DNA of 64,000 nucleotides from Escherichia coli O127:H6 str. E2348/69 (GTDB lineage Bacteria; Pseudomonadota; Gammaproteobacteria; Enterobacterales; Enterobacteriaceae): NCBI RefSeq assembly GCF_000026545.1, contig NC_011601.1; one strand, 5' to 3'. Shown piece by piece: positions 1 to 16,340 of this stretch (position 1 is its first letter; each line of letters starts with the position of its first letter). The notes under the pieces were generated by a model. It saw only the letters and a program-made list of their open reading frames with translations, ran no database searches and was not told where the DNA came from. The position numbers and the translations under genes were made by a program.

Positions 1-107
<107 letters not shown>

Positions 108-479
108 CCACAAGATGTTTATGGTGATGCAAAAATAACACATTTAATTCTTTGAATATAAAGGGCTTTAATTTTTGGCCCTTTTATTTTTAGTATTATG
201 CTTTTTAATTTAATTTAAACGCTGAAAATCACATGTTTTGTATTCTTTTTTTGTTGTTTTAATGTAAATTTTGACCATCTGGTCCACTTTTTTCTACTTA
301 TTTAGATTTCATGCAATCTTCTTGCTGCGCAAGCGTTTTCCAGAACATGTTATATGATCTTTTTGCCGCTTAATGCCTGTAAAACATGCATGAGCCACAA
401 AATAATATAAAAAATCCCGCCATTAAGTTGACTTTTAGCTCCCATATCTCCAGAATGCCGCCGTTTGCCAGAAATTCGT

Positions 480-562
480 CGGTAAGCAGATTTGCATTGA
501 TTTACGTCATTATTGTGAATTAATATGCAAATAAAGTGAGTGAATATTCTCTGGAGGGTGTT
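480..562 (+). promoter_or_regulatory. carAB promoter-proximal region with ArgR-box-like TGAAT/ATTCA half-sites
   Basis: AT-rich stretch tttgcattgatttacgtcattattgtgaattaatatgcaaataaag immediately upstream of the carA start; resembles the TnTGAATwwwwATTCAnw ARG-box pattern; position only approximate. Confidence 0.45.
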
Positions 563-1711
563 TTGATTAAGTCAGCGCTATTGGTTCTGGAAGACGGAAC
601 CCAGTTTCACGGTCGGGCCATAGGGGCAACAGGTTCGGCGGTTGGGGAAGTCGTTTTCAATACTTCAATGACCGGTTATCAAGAAATCCTCACTGATCCT
701 TCCTATTCTCGTCAAATCGTTACTCTTACTTATCCCCATATTGGCAATGTCGGCACTAATGACGCCGATGAAGAATCTTCTCAGGTACATGCCCAAGGTC
801 TGGTGATTCGCGACCTGCCGCTGATTGCCAGCAACTTCCGTAATACCGAAGACCTCTCTTCTTACCTGAAGCGCCATAACATCGTGGCGATTGCCGATAT
901 CGATACCCGTAAGCTGACGCGTTTACTGCGCGAGAAAGGCGCACAGAATGGCTGCATTATTGCGGGTGACAACCCGGATGCGGCGCTGGCGTTAGAAAAA
1001 GCCCGCGCGTTCCCTGGCCTGAATGGCATGGATCTGGCAAAAGAAGTGACTACCGCAGAACCCTATAGCTGGACACAAGGGAGCTGGACGCTGACCGGCG
1101 GCCTGCCAGAAGCGAAAAAAGAAGACGAGCTGCCGTTCCACGTCGTGGCTTATGATTTTGGTGCCAAGCGCAACATCCTGCGGATGCTGGTGGATAGAGG
1201 TTGTCGCCTGACCATCGTTCCGGCACAAACTTCTGCGGAAGATGTGCTGAAAATGAATCCGGACGGCATCTTCCTCTCCAACGGTCCTGGCGACCCGGCC
1301 CCGTGCGATTACGCCATTACCGCCATCCAGAAATTCCTCGAAACCGATATTCCGGTATTCGGCATCTGCCTCGGTCATCAGCTGCTGGCGCTGGCGAGCG
1401 GTGCGAAGACTGTAAAAATGAAATTTGGTCACCACGGCGGCAACCATCCGGTTAAAGATGTTGAGAAAAATGTGGTGATGATTACCGCCCAGAACCACGG
1501 TTTTGCGGTGGATGAAGCAACATTACCTGCAAACCTGCGTGTCACACATAAATCCCTGTTCGACGGTACGTTACAGGGCATTCATCGTACCGATAAACCG
1601 GCGTTCAGCTTCCAGGGACACCCGGAAGCCAGCCCTGGTCCACACGACGCCGCGCCGTTGTTTGACCACTTTATCGCGTTAATTGAGCAGTACCGTAAAA
1701 CCGCTAAGTAA
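563..1711 (+). CDS. carA: carbamoyl-phosphate synthase small (glutaminase) subunit
   Basis: ORF track 536..1711; true start taken as in-frame TTG at 563 ([17 protein letters not shown]...), 382 aa; class I glutamine amidotransferase motif GICLGHQ. Confidence 0.95.
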   Translation: MIKSALLVLEDGTQFHGRAIGATGSAVGEVVFNTSMTGYQEILTDPSYSRQIVTLTYPHIGNVGTNDADEESSQVHAQGLVIRDLPLIASNFRNTEDLSSYLKRHNIVAIADIDTRKLTRLLREKGAQNGCIIAGDNPDAALALEKARAFPGLNGMDLAKEVTTAEPYSWTQGSWTLTGGLPEAKKEDELPFHVVAYDFGAKRNILRMLVDRGCRLTIVPAQTSAEDVLKMNPDGIFLSNGPGDPAPCDYAITAIQKFLETDIPVFGICLGHQLLALASGAKTVKMKFGHHGGNHPVKDVEKNVVMITAQNHGFAVDEATLPANLRVTHKSLFDGTLQGIHRTDKPAFSFQGHPEASPGPHDAAPLFDHFIALIEQYRKTAK

Positions 1712-1728
1712 TCAGGAGTAAAAGAGCC

Positions 1729-4700
1729 ATGCCAAAACGTACAGATATAAAAAGTATCCTGATTCTGGGTGCGGGCCCGATTGTTATCGGTCAGGCGTGT
1801 GAGTTTGACTACTCTGGCGCGCAAGCGTGTAAAGCCCTGCGTGAAGAGGGCTACCGCGTCATTCTGGTGAACTCCAACCCGGCGACTATCATGACCGACC
1901 CGGAAATGGCTGATGCAACCTACATCGAGCCGATTCACTGGGAAGTGGTACGCAAAATTATTGAAAAAGAGCGCCCGGACGCGGTGCTGCCAACCATGGG
2001 GGGGCAGACGGCGCTGAACTGTGCGCTGGAGCTTGAGCGTCAGGGCGTGCTGGAAGAGTTCGGCGTCACCATGATTGGTGCCACTGCCGATGCGATTGAT
2101 AAAGCCGAAGACCGCCGCCGTTTCGACGTAGCGATGAAGAAAATCGGTCTGGAAACTGCGCGTTCCGGTATCGCTCATTCAATGGAAGAAGCGCTGGCGG
2201 TTGCCGCTGAAGTTGGCTTCCCGTGCATTATTCGCCCATCCTTTACCATGGGTGGTAGCGGCGGCGGTATCGCTTATAACCGCGAAGAGTTTGAAGAAAT
2301 TTGCGCCCGCGGTCTGGATCTCTCTCCGACTAAAGAGCTGCTGATTGATGAGTCGCTGATCGGCTGGAAAGAGTACGAGATGGAAGTGGTGCGTGATAAA
2401 AACGACAACTGCATCATCGTCTGCTCTATCGAAAACTTCGATGCGATGGGCATCCATACCGGTGACTCCATCACTGTCGCGCCAGCCCAAACGCTGACCG
2501 ACAAAGAATATCAAATCATGCGTAACGCCTCGATGGCGGTACTGCGTGAAATCGGCGTTGAAACCGGTGGTTCCAACGTCCAGTTTGCGGTGAACCCGAA
2601 AAACGGTCGCCTGATTGTTATCGAAATGAACCCGCGCGTGTCTCGCTCCTCTGCGCTGGCGTCGAAAGCCACTGGTTTCCCGATTGCCAAAGTGGCGGCG
2701 AAACTGGCGGTGGGTTACACCCTCGACGAGCTGATGAACGACATCACCGGTGGGCGTACTCCGGCCTCCTTCGAGCCGTCCATCGACTATGTGGTTACTA
2801 AAATTCCTCGCTTCAACTTCGAGAAATTCGCCGGTGCTAACGACCGTCTGACCACTCAGATGAAATCGGTTGGCGAAGTGATGGCGATTGGTCGCACGCA
2901 GCAGGAATCCCTGCAAAAAGCGCTGCGCGGCCTGGAAGTGGGCGCAACTGGCTTCGATCCGAAAGTGAGTCTCGACGACCCGGAAGCGCTGACTAAAATC
3001 CGCCGCGAACTGAAAGATGCTGGCGCAGAGCGTATCTGGTATATCGCTGATGCCTTCCGCGCGGGCCTGTCTGTAGACGGCGTGTTTAATTTGACCAACA
3101 TTGACCGCTGGTTCCTGGTACAGATTGAAGAGCTGGTGCGTCTGGAAGAGAAAGTCGCAGAAGTGGGCATCACTGGCCTGAACGCTGAATTCCTGCGCCA
3201 GCTGAAACGCAAAGGCTTTGCCGATGCGCGTCTGGCAAAACTCGCGGGCGTGCGTGAAGCAGAGATCCGCAAGCTGCGCGACCAGTATGATCTGCACCCG
3301 GTTTATAAGCGCGTGGATACCTGTGCGGCAGAGTTCGCCACCGACACCGCTTACATGTACTCCACTTATGAAGAAGAGTGCGAAGCGAATCCGTCTACCG
3401 ACCGTGAAAAAATCATGGTGCTCGGCGGCGGCCCGAACCGTATCGGTCAGGGTATCGAATTCGACTACTGCTGTGTACACGCCTCGCTGGCGCTGCGCGA
3501 AGATGGTTATGAAACCATTATGGTTAACTGTAACCCGGAAACCGTCTCCACCGACTACGACACCTCCGACCGCCTCTACTTCGAGCCGGTAACTCTGGAA
3601 GACGTGCTGGAAATTGTGCGTATTGAGAAGCCGAAAGGTGTTATCGTCCAGTACGGCGGTCAGACCCCGCTGAAACTGGCGCGCGCGCTGGAAGCTGCTG
3701 GCGTACCGGTTATCGGTACCAGCCCGGATGCCATCGACCGTGCGGAAGACCGTGAACGCTTCCAGCATGCGGTTGAGCGTCTGAAACTGAAACAACCGGC
3801 GAACGCCACCGTTACCACCATCGAAATGGCGGTTGAGAAAGCGAAAGAGATTGGCTACCCGCTGGTGGTGCGTCCGTCTTACGTTCTCGGCGGTCGGGCG
3901 ATGGAAATCGTCTATGACGAAGCTGACCTGCGTCGCTACTTCCAGACAGCGGTCAGCGTATCTAACGATGCGCCAGTGTTGCTGGACCACTTCCTTGATG
4001 ACGCAGTAGAAGTTGACGTGGATGCCATCTGCGACGGCGAAATGGTGCTGATTGGCGGCATCATGGAGCATATTGAGCAGGCGGGCGTGCACTCCGGTGA
4101 CTCCGCATGTTCGCTGCCAGCCTACACCTTAAGTCAGGAAATTCAGGATGTGATGCGCCAGCAGGTGCAGAAACTGGCCTTCGAATTGCAGGTACGCGGC
4201 CTGATGAACGTGCAGTTTGCGGTGAAAAACAACGAAGTCTACCTGATTGAAGTTAACCCGCGTGCGGCGCGTACCGTTCCGTTCGTCTCCAAAGCCACCG
4301 GCGTACCGCTGGCAAAAGTGGCGGCGCGTGTGATGGCTGGCAAATCGCTGGCTGAGCAGGGCGTAACCAAAGAAGTTATCCCGCCGTACTACTCGGTGAA
4401 AGAAGTGGTGCTGCCGTTCAATAAATTCCCGGGCGTTGACCCGCTGTTAGGGCCAGAAATGCGATCTACCGGGGAAGTAATGGGCGTGGGCCGCACCTTC
4501 GCTGAAGCGTTTGCCAAAGCGCAGCTGGGCAGCAACTCCACCATGAAGAAACACGGTCGTGCGCTGCTTTCCGTGCGCGAAGGCGATAAAGAACGCGTGG
4601 TGGACCTGGCGGCAAAACTGCTGAAACAGGGCTTCGAGCTGGATGCGACTCACGGCACGGCGATTGTGCTGGGCGAAGCGGGTATCAATCCGCGTCTGGT

Positions 4701-4950
4701 GAACAAGGTGCATGAAGGCCGTCCGCACATTCAGGACCGTATTAAGAATGGCGAATATACCTACATCATCAACACCACCTCAGGTCGTCGTGCGATTGAA
4801 GACTCCCGCGTGATCCGTCGCAGTGCGCTGCAATATAAAGTGCATTACGACACCACCCTGAACGGCGGCTTTGCCACCGCGATGGCGCTGAATGCCGATG
4901 CGACCGAAAAAGTAATTTCGGTGCAGGAAATGCACGCGCAGATCAAATAA
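1729..4950 (+). CDS. carB: carbamoyl-phosphate synthase large subunit
   Basis: 1073 aa ORF, duplicated ATP-grasp halves, starts 18 nt after the carA stop with RBS aggag. Confidence 0.98.
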   Translation: MPKRTDIKSILILGAGPIVIGQACEFDYSGAQACKALREEGYRVILVNSNPATIMTDPEMADATYIEPIHWEVVRKIIEKERPDAVLPTMGGQTALNCALELERQGVLEEFGVTMIGATADAIDKAEDRRRFDVAMKKIGLETARSGIAHSMEEALAVAAEVGFPCIIRPSFTMGGSGGGIAYNREEFEEICARGLDLSPTKELLIDESLIGWKEYEMEVVRDKNDNCIIVCSIENFDAMGIHTGDSITVAPAQTLTDKEYQIMRNASMAVLREIGVETGGSNVQFAVNPKNGRLIVIEMNPRVSRSSALASKATGFPIAKVAAKLAVGYTLDELMNDITGGRTPASFEPSIDYVVTKIPRFNFEKFAGANDRLTTQMKSVGEVMAIGRTQQESLQKALRGLEVGATGFDPKVSLDDPEALTKIRRELKDAGAERIWYIADAFRAGLSVDGVFNLTNIDRWFLVQIEELVRLEEKVAEVGITGLNAEFLRQLKRKGFADARLAKLAGVREAEIRKLRDQYDLHPVYKRVDTCAAEFATDTAYMYSTYEEECEANPSTDREKIMVLGGGPNRIGQGIEFDYCCVHASLALREDGYETIMVNCNPETVSTDYDTSDRLYFEPVTLEDVLEIVRIEKPKGVIVQYGGQTPLKLARALEAAGVPVIGTSPDAIDRAEDRERFQHAVERLKLKQPANATVTTIEMAVEKAKEIGYPLVVRPSYVLGGRAMEIVYDEADLRRYFQTAVSVSNDAPVLLDHFLDDAVEVDVDAICDGEMVLIGGIMEHIEQAGVHSGDSACSLPAYTLSQEIQDVMRQQVQKLAFELQVRGLMNVQFAVKNNEVYLIEVNPRAARTVPFVSKATGVPLAKVAARVMAGKSLAEQGVTKEVIPPYYSVKEVVLPFNKFPGVDPLLGPEMRSTGEVMGVGRTFAEAFAKAQLGSNSTMKKHGRALLSVREGDKERVVDLAAKLLKQGFELDATHGTAIVLGEAGINPRLVNKVHEGRPHIQDRIKNGEYTYIINTTSGRRAIEDSRVIRRSALQYKVHYDTTLNGGFATAMALNADATEKVISVQEMHAQIK

Positions 4951-5002
4951 TAGCGTGTCATGGCGGATATTTTTCATCCGCTAATTTGATCGAATAACTA
5001 AT

Positions 5003-5031
5003 ACGGTTCTCTGATGAGGACCGTTTTTTTT
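5003..5031 (+). terminator. rho-independent terminator after carB
   Basis: imperfect hairpin acggttctc-tgat-gaggaccgt followed by tttttttt. Confidence 0.6.
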
Positions 5032-5210
5032 GCCCATTAAGTAAATCTTTTGGGGAATCGATATTTTTGATGACATAAGCAGGATTTAGCTCACACTTAT
5101 CGACGGTGAAGTTGCATACTATCGATATATCCACAATTTTAATATGGCCTTGTTTAATTGCTGCAAAACGAGTCATAGCCAGTCTTTTAATTTGTGAAAC
5201 TGGAGTTCGT

Positions 5211-5606
5211 ATGTGTGAAGGATGTGTTGAAAAACCACTCTATTTGTTAATCGCCGAATGGATGATGGCTGAAAACCGGTGGGTGATAGCAAGAGAGATC
5301 TCTATTCATTTCGATATTGAACACAGCAAGGCGGTTAATACCCTGACTTATATTCTGTCGGAAGTCACAGAAATAAGCTGCGAAGTTAAGATGATCCCTA
5401 ATAAGCTGGAAGGGCGGGGATGCCAGTGCCAGCGACTGGTAAAAGTGGTTGATATCGATGAGCAAATTTACGCGCGCCTGCGCAATAACAGCCGGGATAA
5501 ATTAGTCGGCGTAAGAAAGACGCCGTGTATTCCTGCCGTTCCGCTCACGGAACTTAACCGCGAGCAGAAGTGGCAGATGATGTTGTCAAAGAGTATGCGT
5601 CGTTAA
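5211..5606 (+). CDS. caiF: carnitine-operon transcriptional activator
   Basis: ORF track 5106..5606 trimmed to internal ATG at 5211 (MCEGCVEKPLYLL..., 131 aa) to match CaiF length. Confidence 0.85.
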   Translation: MCEGCVEKPLYLLIAEWMMAENRWVIAREISIHFDIEHSKAVNTLTYILSEVTEISCEVKMIPNKLEGRGCQCQRLVKVVDIDEQIYARLRNNSRDKLVGVRKTPCIPAVPLTELNREQKWQMMLSKSMRR

Positions 5607-5637
5607 TGTCATTCCGTTGATACCACGCAGCCTGGTT

Positions 5638-5718
5638 GCCGGATGCAATGCTGGCGCATCTTATCTGGCCTACGGTTGCTTTCCAGCCAGGTCGGATAAG
5701 GCGTTTACGCCGCATCCG
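5638..5718. repeat. REP/BIME-type extragenic palindromic repeats between convergent caiF and caiE
   Basis: gccggatgc... and gtcggataaggcgtttacgccgcatccgg motifs typical of E. coli REP units. Confidence 0.6.
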
Positions 5719-5724
5719 GAAAGA

Positions 5725-6315
5725 TCACCGTTTCGGCGTCACATCCGTCGTCCCCTGCAAACGGGGGCGATTTTCCTCCATTTGCCTCAGTGGCTGCGTT
5801 TCATGTAACGATGCATGACAGCGCCCGACAAGATCCTGATACTCTTTGGTATTCAACCGTTTCCAGTGTAACTCGTCGTCACTCACGCTGCGTACAGCGC
5901 GGGCTGGCGTACCCATCAACAACTGGCGTTTCTCGCCGCGAAAGCCCGCTTTGACAAAGCTCATAGCGGCAACAATGCTCTCTTCGCCAATGACCGCGCC
6001 ATCCATAATCACGCTGTTCATCCCGACCAGTGCATCGCGACCAATCACACAACCATGCAGGATCGCTCCGTGCCCGATATGACCGTTTTCCCCAACGATG
6101 GTGTCAGTGTCGCAGTAGCCATGCATAATGCAGCCATCCTGAATATTGGCTCCCGCTTGCACGATCAACCGCCCGTAGTCACCACGCAGTGAGGCGAGTG
6201 GGCCGATGTAGACACCGGCTCCCACAATCACATCGCCAATCAAGACTGCGCTGGGATGGACAAACGCCGTCGGGTGAACAACCGGAATTAACCCCTCAAA
6301 GGCGTAATAGCTCAC
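5725..6315 (-). CDS. caiE: carnitine operon protein CaiE (hexapeptide-repeat acyltransferase-like)
   Basis: ORF track 5725..6336; start trimmed to the GTG at 6313-6315 giving [15 protein letters not shown]... (196 aa); start uncertain, upstream GTG at 6336 is the alternative. Confidence 0.8.
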   Translation of the reverse strand: MSYYAFEGLIPVVHPTAFVHPSAVLIGDVIVGAGVYIGPLASLRGDYGRLIVQAGANIQDGCIMHGYCDTDTIVGENGHIGHGAILHGCVIGRDALVGMNSVIMDGAVIGEESIVAAMSFVKAGFRGEKRQLLMGTPARAVRSVSDDELHWKRLNTKEYQDLVGRCHASLHETQPLRQMEENRPRLQGTTDVTPKR

Positions 6316-6320
6316 GGTTG

Positions 6321-7106
6321 TTAACGTCCTTTCCACACTGGATCGCGCTTCTCGGCAAACGCCAGCGGCCCTTCAATGGCATCCTCCGAATGCAGAACCG
6401 ATGGATAGTGTTTCAACACGCCGCTGCGAATATAGCGATACGCTTCTTCTACCGGCATTGCACTGGTGGTGCGGTAGATCTCTTTCAGCGCCGCAATCGC
6501 CAGCGGAGCGCTGTTAACCAGCTGCTGCGCCAGTTCGCGGGCGTTATCCATCAGTTCCGCCTGGCTAACCACGCGGTTGACTACCCCCCAACGCAGCGCC
6601 TCTTCTGCGCCCATTCGTCTGCCGGTCATCACCATTTCATTGACGATGGCAGGCGGCAGGATCTTCGGCAGACGCAGCACGCCGCCGCTGTCAGGGACGA
6701 TGCCCAGTTTCGCTTCCGGCAGGGCGAAGCTGGCGTTATCGGCACAAACAATAAAATCTGCCGCCAGCGCCAGTTCAAAGCCGCCGCCAAAGGCATAGCC
6801 GTTCACAGCGGCGATAACCGGTTTGTCGAGATTGAAAATTTCGGTTAATCCCGCAAAACCTCCCGGGCCAAAGTCAGCATCCGGTGCTTCGCCTTCTGCT
6901 GCCGCTTTTAAATCCCAGCCCGCGGAAAAGAATTTCTCTCCGGCACCGGTAATAATGGCGACACGTAATTGCGGATCGTCACGGAAATTTAGAAATACTT
7001 CGCCCATTTCAAAGCTGGTTTTTGCATCAATAGCATTCGCTTTTGGACGATCAAGGGTAATTTCCAGAATTGATCCATTGCGGGTCAGATGTAATGATTC
7101 ACTCAT
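6321..7106 (-). CDS. caiD: crotonobetainyl-CoA hydratase (enoyl-CoA hydratase family)
   Basis: ORF track 6321..7214 trimmed to ATG at 7104-7106 ([27 protein letters not shown]..., 261 aa) preceded by RBS aggaa. Confidence 0.9.
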   Translation of the reverse strand: MSESLHLTRNGSILEITLDRPKANAIDAKTSFEMGEVFLNFRDDPQLRVAIITGAGEKFFSAGWDLKAAAEGEAPDADFGPGGFAGLTEIFNLDKPVIAAVNGYAFGGGFELALAADFIVCADNASFALPEAKLGIVPDSGGVLRLPKILPPAIVNEMVMTGRRMGAEEALRWGVVNRVVSQAELMDNARELAQQLVNSAPLAIAALKEIYRTTSAMPVEEAYRYIRSGVLKHYPSVLHSEDAIEGPLAFAEKRDPVWKGR

Positions 7107-7214
7107 TCCTTTTCTCCATTTTTGCTTTTTCAGGGACGACAACATCCCTGCAAAAAATGCATATTGTTTTAGAGCGTGATTATTAGCTGGCAGGGTAGTT
7201 CCCTGCCGTTTCAT

Positions 7215-8768
7215 TTATTTCAGATTCTTTCTAATTATTTTCCCCGAGCAATTACGTGGCAGATCTTTTCTGATCTCCAGATAAGAGAGCACTTTAAATT
7301 TCGCCATATTCTGTTCACAGAAGCAGAAGAATTCCTCTTCGCTCAATGTTTCACCTTCATTCAGCACCACAAATGCTTTGATGGCTTCATCGCGAATCGA
7401 ATCTTTAATACCCACAACCACGATATCCTGAATTTTTGGATGGGTGGCGATGATATTTTCGAGCTCCACGCAGGAGACATTCTCGCCACCGCGTTTGATC
7501 ATATTGCAGCGGCGATCGACGAAATAAAAAAAGCCCTCTTCGTCGCGGTATCCGGTATCGCCGGTATGTAGCCAGCCATCGGCTTCCAGTACTTTCGCAG
7601 TGGCTTTCGGGTTGAGAAAATACTCTTTGAAGATGGTTTTCCCTGGTACGCCTTTAATACAGATTTCACCGATCTCACCTGCCGGGAGCGGGCGATTGTG
7701 ATCGTCGCGGATCTCCGCTTCGTAGCAAAACCCCGCCTGACCAATCGACGGCCAGCGTCGTTTATCGCCAGGGCGATCGCCGATAATGCCAACAATGGTT
7801 TCCGTCATCCCATAAGACGTCAGCAAGCGAACGCCAAAGCGTTCACAAAACGCGTCTTTTTCCTGCTCCGACAAGTTGAGATAAAACATCACTTCCCGCA
7901 GGCGGTGTTGCTGATCGTTCGCTGAAAGCGGCTGCACCATCAACGTACGAATCATCATCGGAATACATTCGGTAATGGTGGCGCGGTACTTTTGCACCTG
8001 TCCCCAGAAGGCACGGGCGCTGTATTTCTCGACCAGCACAAAGGTGGCCCCGGTAGAAAACGCCGCCATCGCCGCAGTACACTGGCAATCGATATGAAAC
8101 GCAGGCATTACCGTCAGGTAGACGTCATCGTCACGCAGTGCACACTGCCAGGCGGAGTAATATCCAGCGAAGCGCAGGTTGTAATGAGTTATCACCACCC
8201 CTTTCGGTCGGGAGGTGGTGCCGGAGGTGAAGAGAATTTCCGCCGTATCGTCAGTCGATAGCGGCGGTGCATAGCACAAGGTGGCAGGTTGTTGATTTTT
8301 CAGTTGAGTAAACGAACTCACGCCATCATCAGCGGGAAGTGACACATCTGTCAGGCAAATGTGCCGCAACTGCGTGGCATCTTCCTGCTGAATCTGTTGA
8401 TACATAGGATAAAATTGCGCACTGGTCACCAGCAGGCACGCCTGGCTATTTTGCAGGATCCACGTGCTTTCTTCGCGCAACAGGCGGGCGTTAATCGGCA
8501 CCATAATCGCGCCAATTTTTGCCAACCCGAACCAGCAAAAGATAAATTCCGGGCAGTTGTCGAGATGTAGAGCAACCTTGTCGCCTTTGCGAATCCCCAG
8601 CGTATAAAACAGGTTTGCCGTGCGGTTAATCTCCTGATTTAACTCAAGATAACTATACCGGTTAACGACTCCGCTGCTGGATTCACAAATCAGCGCCGTT
8701 TTATGACCGTAAACGTCCGCCAGATCGTCCCACATTTGACGTAGATGTTGTCCGCCAATGATATCCAT
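7215..8768 (-). CDS. caiC: crotonobetaine/carnitine-CoA ligase
   Basis: ORF track 7215..8783 trimmed to [11 protein letters not shown]... (517 aa); AMP-binding enzyme motif [10 protein letters not shown]. Confidence 0.9.
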   Translation of the reverse strand: MDIIGGQHLRQMWDDLADVYGHKTALICESSSGVVNRYSYLELNQEINRTANLFYTLGIRKGDKVALHLDNCPEFIFCWFGLAKIGAIMVPINARLLREESTWILQNSQACLLVTSAQFYPMYQQIQQEDATQLRHICLTDVSLPADDGVSSFTQLKNQQPATLCYAPPLSTDDTAEILFTSGTTSRPKGVVITHYNLRFAGYYSAWQCALRDDDVYLTVMPAFHIDCQCTAAMAAFSTGATFVLVEKYSARAFWGQVQKYRATITECIPMMIRTLMVQPLSANDQQHRLREVMFYLNLSEQEKDAFCERFGVRLLTSYGMTETIVGIIGDRPGDKRRWPSIGQAGFCYEAEIRDDHNRPLPAGEIGEICIKGVPGKTIFKEYFLNPKATAKVLEADGWLHTGDTGYRDEEGFFYFVDRRCNMIKRGGENVSCVELENIIATHPKIQDIVVVGIKDSIRDEAIKAFVVLNEGETLSEEEFFCFCEQNMAKFKVLSYLEIRKDLPRNCSGKIIRKNLK

Positions 8769-8840
8769 TGCACCTCTATCCATTTTGTTCGTTTGTTATT
8801 GGGCGGGCGCTAGTCAGGCAAGTTGACTGACGCCACGCGT

Positions 8841-10076
<1,236 letters not shown>

Positions 10077-10092
10077 TTATGTAGCGCATGAC

Positions 10093-10165
<73 letters not shown>

Positions 10166-10175
10166 GCGCACGGAC

Positions 10176-11318
10176 TTAGCGGTATTGCTTCAGCACCGCG
10201 CGACCCAGCGTCAGGATCTGCATTTCGTCAGATCCTCCGGAAACGCGGTCTACACGCAGGTCACGCCAGAAGCGGCTGATGCGGTGGTTGCCCGCAATCC
10301 CGACACCGCCCAGCACCTGCATTGCGCTATCCACCACTTCAAATGCCGCATTGGCGCAGAAGTATTTGCACATCGCTGCATCGCCAGAGGTGATGGTGCC
10401 GTTGTCTGCTTTCCACGCTGCTTCATACAGCATGTTTTTCATGGAGTTTAATTTGATCGCCATGTGGGCGAATTTTTCCTGAATCAACTGGAAACGACCA
10501 ATAGCCTCGCCAAACTGCACACGCTGGTTGGCGTAGCGCGCCGCATCTTCAAAGGCGCACATCGCCGTACCGTAGTTGGTCAGGGCTACCAGGAAACGTT
10601 CATGGTCGAACTCTTCTTTGACGCGGTTAAAGCCGTTACCTTCCCGACCGAACATGTCTTTCTCGTCCAGTTCCACGTCGTCAAAAGTGATTTCACAGCA
10701 GCTATCCATACGCAGACCGAGCTTTTCAAGTTTGGTCACTTTGATGCCCGGTTTGCTCATATCAACAAACCATTCGGTGTAGACAGGTTTGTCCGGAGAA
10801 GCCCCGTCGCGCGCCATCACCACGATGTACGGGGTGTAGGCGCTACTGGTAATAAAACACTTACTACCATTAAGATAAATCTTACCATTTCTACGGGTAT
10901 AAGTCGTTTTCAGGCTACCCACGTCGGAGCCTGCGCCCGGTTCGGTAATCGCTGAGTTCCACATCTGCTTACCGGTGCCGCGGAAAGCCATGATCTTGTC
11001 GATCTGCTCTTGCGTACCTTCACGCAGGAAGGTGTTAAACCCGCCCGGTAACTGATACAGCACGTAAGTTGGCGCTCCCAGACGACCCAGTTCCATCCAC
11101 ACGGCGGCGAGAGTAACAAACCCCGCGTCCAGACCACCGTGCTCTTCAGGGATCAGCAGACTGTCGATACCCATATCCGCCAGGGCTTTGACAAAACGTT
11201 CCGGGTAGACGCTGTCACGGTCGCACTCGGCAAAATAGGCTTCCCAGTTTTCGCTGGCCATCAGTTCGCGGATACCGGCGACAAACAGTTCCTGCTCATC
11301 ATTTAAATTAAAATCCAT
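10176..11318 (-). CDS. caiA: crotonobetainyl-CoA reductase (acyl-CoA dehydrogenase family)
   Basis: 380 aa ORF, acyl-CoA dehydrogenase fold. Confidence 0.95.
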
Positions 11319-11348
11319 CTTTCAACCTCTTGATATTTTGGGGGTTAA

Positions 11349-13276
<1,928 letters not shown>

Positions 13277-14047
13277 ATGAAGATTATTACTTGCTATAAG
13301 TGCGTGCCTGATGAACAGGATATTGCGGTCAATAATGCTGATGGTTCGTTAGACTTCAGCAAAGCCGATGCCAAAATAAGCCAATACGATCTCAACGCTA
13401 TTGAAGCGGCTTGCCAGCTAAAGCAACAGGCAGCAGAGGCGCAGGTGACGGCCTTAAGTGTGGGCGGTAAAGCCCTGACCAACGCCAAAGGGCGTAAAGA
13501 TGTGCTATCGCGCGGTCCGGATGAACTGATTGTGGTGATTGATGACCAGTTCGAGCAGGCACTGCCGCAACAAACGGCGAGCGTACTGGCTGCAGCCGCT
13601 CAGAAAGCAGGCTTTGATTTGATCCTCTGTGGCGATGGTTCTTCCGACCTTTATGCCCAGCAGGTTGGTTTGCTGGTAGGCGAAATCCTTAATATTCCGG
13701 CAGTTAACGGCGTCAGCAAAATTATCTCCCTGACTGCAGATACCCTCACCGTTGAGCGCGAACTGGAAGATGAAACAGAAACCTTAAGCATTCCGCTGCC
13801 TGCGGTTGTTGCTGTTTCCACTGATATCAACTCCCCACAAATTCCTTCGATGAAAGCCATTCTCGGCGCGGCGAAAAAGCCAGTCCAGGTATGGTCGGCG
13901 GCGGATATCGGTTTTAACGCAGAGGCAGCCTGGTCAGAACAACAGGTTGCCGCGCCGAAACAGCGCGAGCGTCAGCGCATCGTGATTGAAGGCGACGGCG
14001 AAGAACAGATCGCCGCATTTGCTGAAAATCTTCGCAAAGTCATTTAA
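13277..14047 (+). CDS. fixA: electron transfer flavoprotein beta-subunit homolog FixA
   Basis: ORF track 13214..14047 trimmed to ATG at 13277 ([15 protein letters not shown]..., 256 aa). Confidence 0.9.
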
Positions 14048-14061
14048 TTACAGGGGATGCT

Positions 14062-15003
14062 ATGAACACGTTTTCTCAAGTCTGGGTATTCAGCGATACC
14101 CCTTCTCGTCTGCCGGAACTGATGAACGGTGCGCAGGCTTTAGCTAATCAAATCAACACGTTCGTCCTCAATGATGCCGACGGCGCACAGGCAATCCAGC
14201 TCGGCGCTAATCATGTCTGGAAATTAAGCGGCAAACCGGACGATCGGATGATCGAAGATTACGCCGATGTCATGGCTGACACTATTCGCCAGCACGGCGC
14301 AGACGGTCTGGTGCTGTTGCCAAACACCCGTCGCGGCAAATTACTGGCGGCGAAACTGGGTTACCGCCTTAACGCGGCGGTGTCTAACGATGCCAGCGCT
14401 GTTAGCGTGCAGGACGGTAAAGCGACAGTGAAACACATGGTTTACGGCGGTCTGGCGATTGGCGAAGAACGCATTGCCACGCCGTATGCGGTACTGACCA
14501 TCAGCAGCGGCACGTTCGATGTGGCTCAGCCAGACGCGTCACGCACTGGCGAAACGCACACCGTGGAGTGGCAGGCTCCGGCTGTGGCGATTACCCGCAC
14601 GGCAACCCAGGCGCGTCAGAGCAACAGCGTCGATCTCGACAAAGCCCGCCTGGTGGTCAGCGTTGGTCGCGGTATTGGCAGCAAAGAGAACATTGCGCTG
14701 GCAGAACAGCTTTGCAAGGCGATAGGTGCGGAGTTGGCCTGTTCTCGTCCGGTGGCGGAAAACGAAAAATGGATGGAGCACGAACGCTATGTCGGTATCT
14801 CCAACCTGATGCTGAAACCTGAACTGTACCTGGCGGTGGGGATCTCCGGGCAGATCCAGCACATGGTTGGCGCTAATGCGTCGCAAACCATTTTCGCCAT
14901 CAACAAAGATAAAAATGCGCCGATCTTCCAGTTCGCGGATTACGGCATTGTTGGCGACGCCGTGAAGATCCTTCCGGCACTGACCGCAGCTTTAGCGCGT
15001 TGA
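14062..15003 (+). CDS. fixB: electron transfer flavoprotein alpha-subunit homolog FixB
   Basis: 313 aa ORF following fixA. Confidence 0.95.
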   Translation: MNTFSQVWVFSDTPSRLPELMNGAQALANQINTFVLNDADGAQAIQLGANHVWKLSGKPDDRMIEDYADVMADTIRQHGADGLVLLPNTRRGKLLAAKLGYRLNAAVSNDASAVSVQDGKATVKHMVYGGLAIGEERIATPYAVLTISSGTFDVAQPDASRTGETHTVEWQAPAVAITRTATQARQSNSVDLDKARLVVSVGRGIGSKENIALAEQLCKAIGAELACSRPVAENEKWMEHERYVGISNLMLKPELYLAVGISGQIQHMVGANASQTIFAINKDKNAPIFQFADYGIVGDAVKILPALTAALAR

Positions 15004-15053
15004 TCCACTCTGGCAGGGCTGCATTTTGGCCCTGCCGCTGACAGGGAGCTCTT

Positions 15054-16340
15054 ATGTCCGAAGATATCTTTGACGCCATCATCGTCGGTGCAGGGCTTGC
15101 CGGTTCGGTTGCCGCACTGGTGCTCGCCCGCGAAGGTGCGCAAGTGTTAGTTATCGAGCGAGGCAATTCCGCAGGTGCCAAGAACGTCACCGGCGGGCGT
15201 CTCTATGCCCACAGTCTGGAACACATTATTCCTGGTTTCGCTGACTCCGCCCCCGTAGAACGCCTGATCACCCATGAAAAACTTGCGTTTATGACGGAAA
15301 AGTCAGCGATGACTATGGACTACTGCAATGGCGACGAAACCTCGCCATCCCAGCGTTCTTACTCCGTTTTACGCAGTAAATTTGATGCCTGGCTGATGGA
15401 GCAGGCTGAAGAAGCGGGCGCGCAGTTAATTACCGGGATCCGCGTCGATAACCTCGTACAGCGCGATGGCAAAGTCGTCGGTGTAGAAGCCGATGGCGAT
15501 GTGATTGAAGCGAAAACGGTGATCCTTGCTGATGGGGTGAATTCCATCCTTGCCGAAAAGCTGGGGATGGCAAAACGTGTTAAACCGACGGATGTGGCGG
15601 TTGGCGTGAAGGAACTGATCGAGTTACCGAAGTCGGTTATCGAAGACCGTTTTCAGTTGCAGGGTAATCAGGGCGCGGCTTGCCTGTTTGCGGGATCACC
15701 CACCGATGGCCTGATGGGCGGTGGCTTCCTTTATACCAATGAAAATACCCTGTCGCTGGGGCTGGTTTGTGGTTTGCATCATCTGCATGACGCAAAAAAA
15801 TCGGTGCCGCAAATGCTGGAAGATTTCAAACAACATCCGGCCGTTGCACCGCTGATCGCGGGCGGCAAGCTGGTGGAATATTCCGCTCACGTAGTGCCGG
15901 AAGCAGGTATCAACATGCTGCCGGAGTTGGTTGGTGACGGCGTATTGATTGCCGGTGATGCCGCCGGAATGTGTATGAACCTCGGTTTTACCATTCGCGG
16001 TATGGATCTGGCGATTGCCGCCGGGGAAGCAGCAGCAAAAACTGTGCTTTCAGCGATGAAAAGCGACGATTTCAGTAAGCAAAAACTCGCGGAATATCGT
16101 CAGCATCTTGAGAGTGGCCCGCTGCGCGATATGCGCATGTACCAGAAACTACCGGCGTTCCTTGATAACCCACGCATGTTTAGCGGCTACCCGGAACTGG
16201 CGGTGGGCGTGGCGCGTGACCTGTTCACCATTGACGGCAGTGCGCCGGAACTGATGCGCAAGAAAATCCTCCGCCACGGCAAGAAAGTGGGCTTCATCAA
16301 TCTGATCAAGGATGGCATGAAAGGAGTGACCGTTTTATGA
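15054..16340 (+). CDS. fixC: FAD-dependent oxidoreductase FixC (ETF-quinone oxidoreductase-like)
   Basis: 428 aa ORF; N-terminal FAD dinucleotide fold IIVGAGLAGSVAALVLA. Confidence 0.95.
   Translation: MSEDIFDAIIVGAGLAGSVAALVLAREGAQVLVIERGNSAGAKNVTGGRLYAHSLEHIIPGFADSAPVERLITHEKLAFMTEKSAMTMDYCNGDETSPSQRSYSVLRSKFDAWLMEQAEEAGAQLITGIRVDNLVQRDGKVVGVEADGDVIEAKTVILADGVNSILAEKLGMAKRVKPTDVAVGVKELIELPKSVIEDRFQLQGNQGAACLFAGSPTDGLMGGGFLYTNENTLSLGLVCGLHHLHDAKKSVPQMLEDFKQHPAVAPLIAGGKLVEYSAHVVPEAGINMLPELVGDGVLIAGDAAGMCMNLGFTIRGMDLAIAAGEAAAKTVLSAMKSDDFSKQKLAEYRQHLESGPLRDMRMYQKLPAFLDNPRMFSGYPELAVGVARDLFTIDGSAPELMRKKILRHGKKVGFINLIKDGMKGVTVL

Noticed and set aside
536-562. Upstream in-frame extensions of true starts in the ORF track (carA 536, caiF 5106, fixA 13214, kefC 18549, folA 20564, djlA 28708, araC 40213, leuO 58401, ilvI 59657, ilvH 61444 and others)
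   Set aside because: The track reports the longest open frame including GTG/TTG; known protein N-termini and RBS positions support the internal starts used in the feature list.
2179-4092. 637 aa ORF on the minus strand inside carB
   Set aside because: Entirely antisense to a well-supported, highly conserved carB frame; a long open frame opposite a GC-rich biased-codon gene is a common artefact; no RBS or recognisable domain.
5040-5210. FNR/CRP sites in the caiF promoter region
   Set aside because: Only partial matches (for example an isolated tcaca); could not place a convincing TTGAT-N4-ATCAA or TGTGA-N6-TCACA site by eye.
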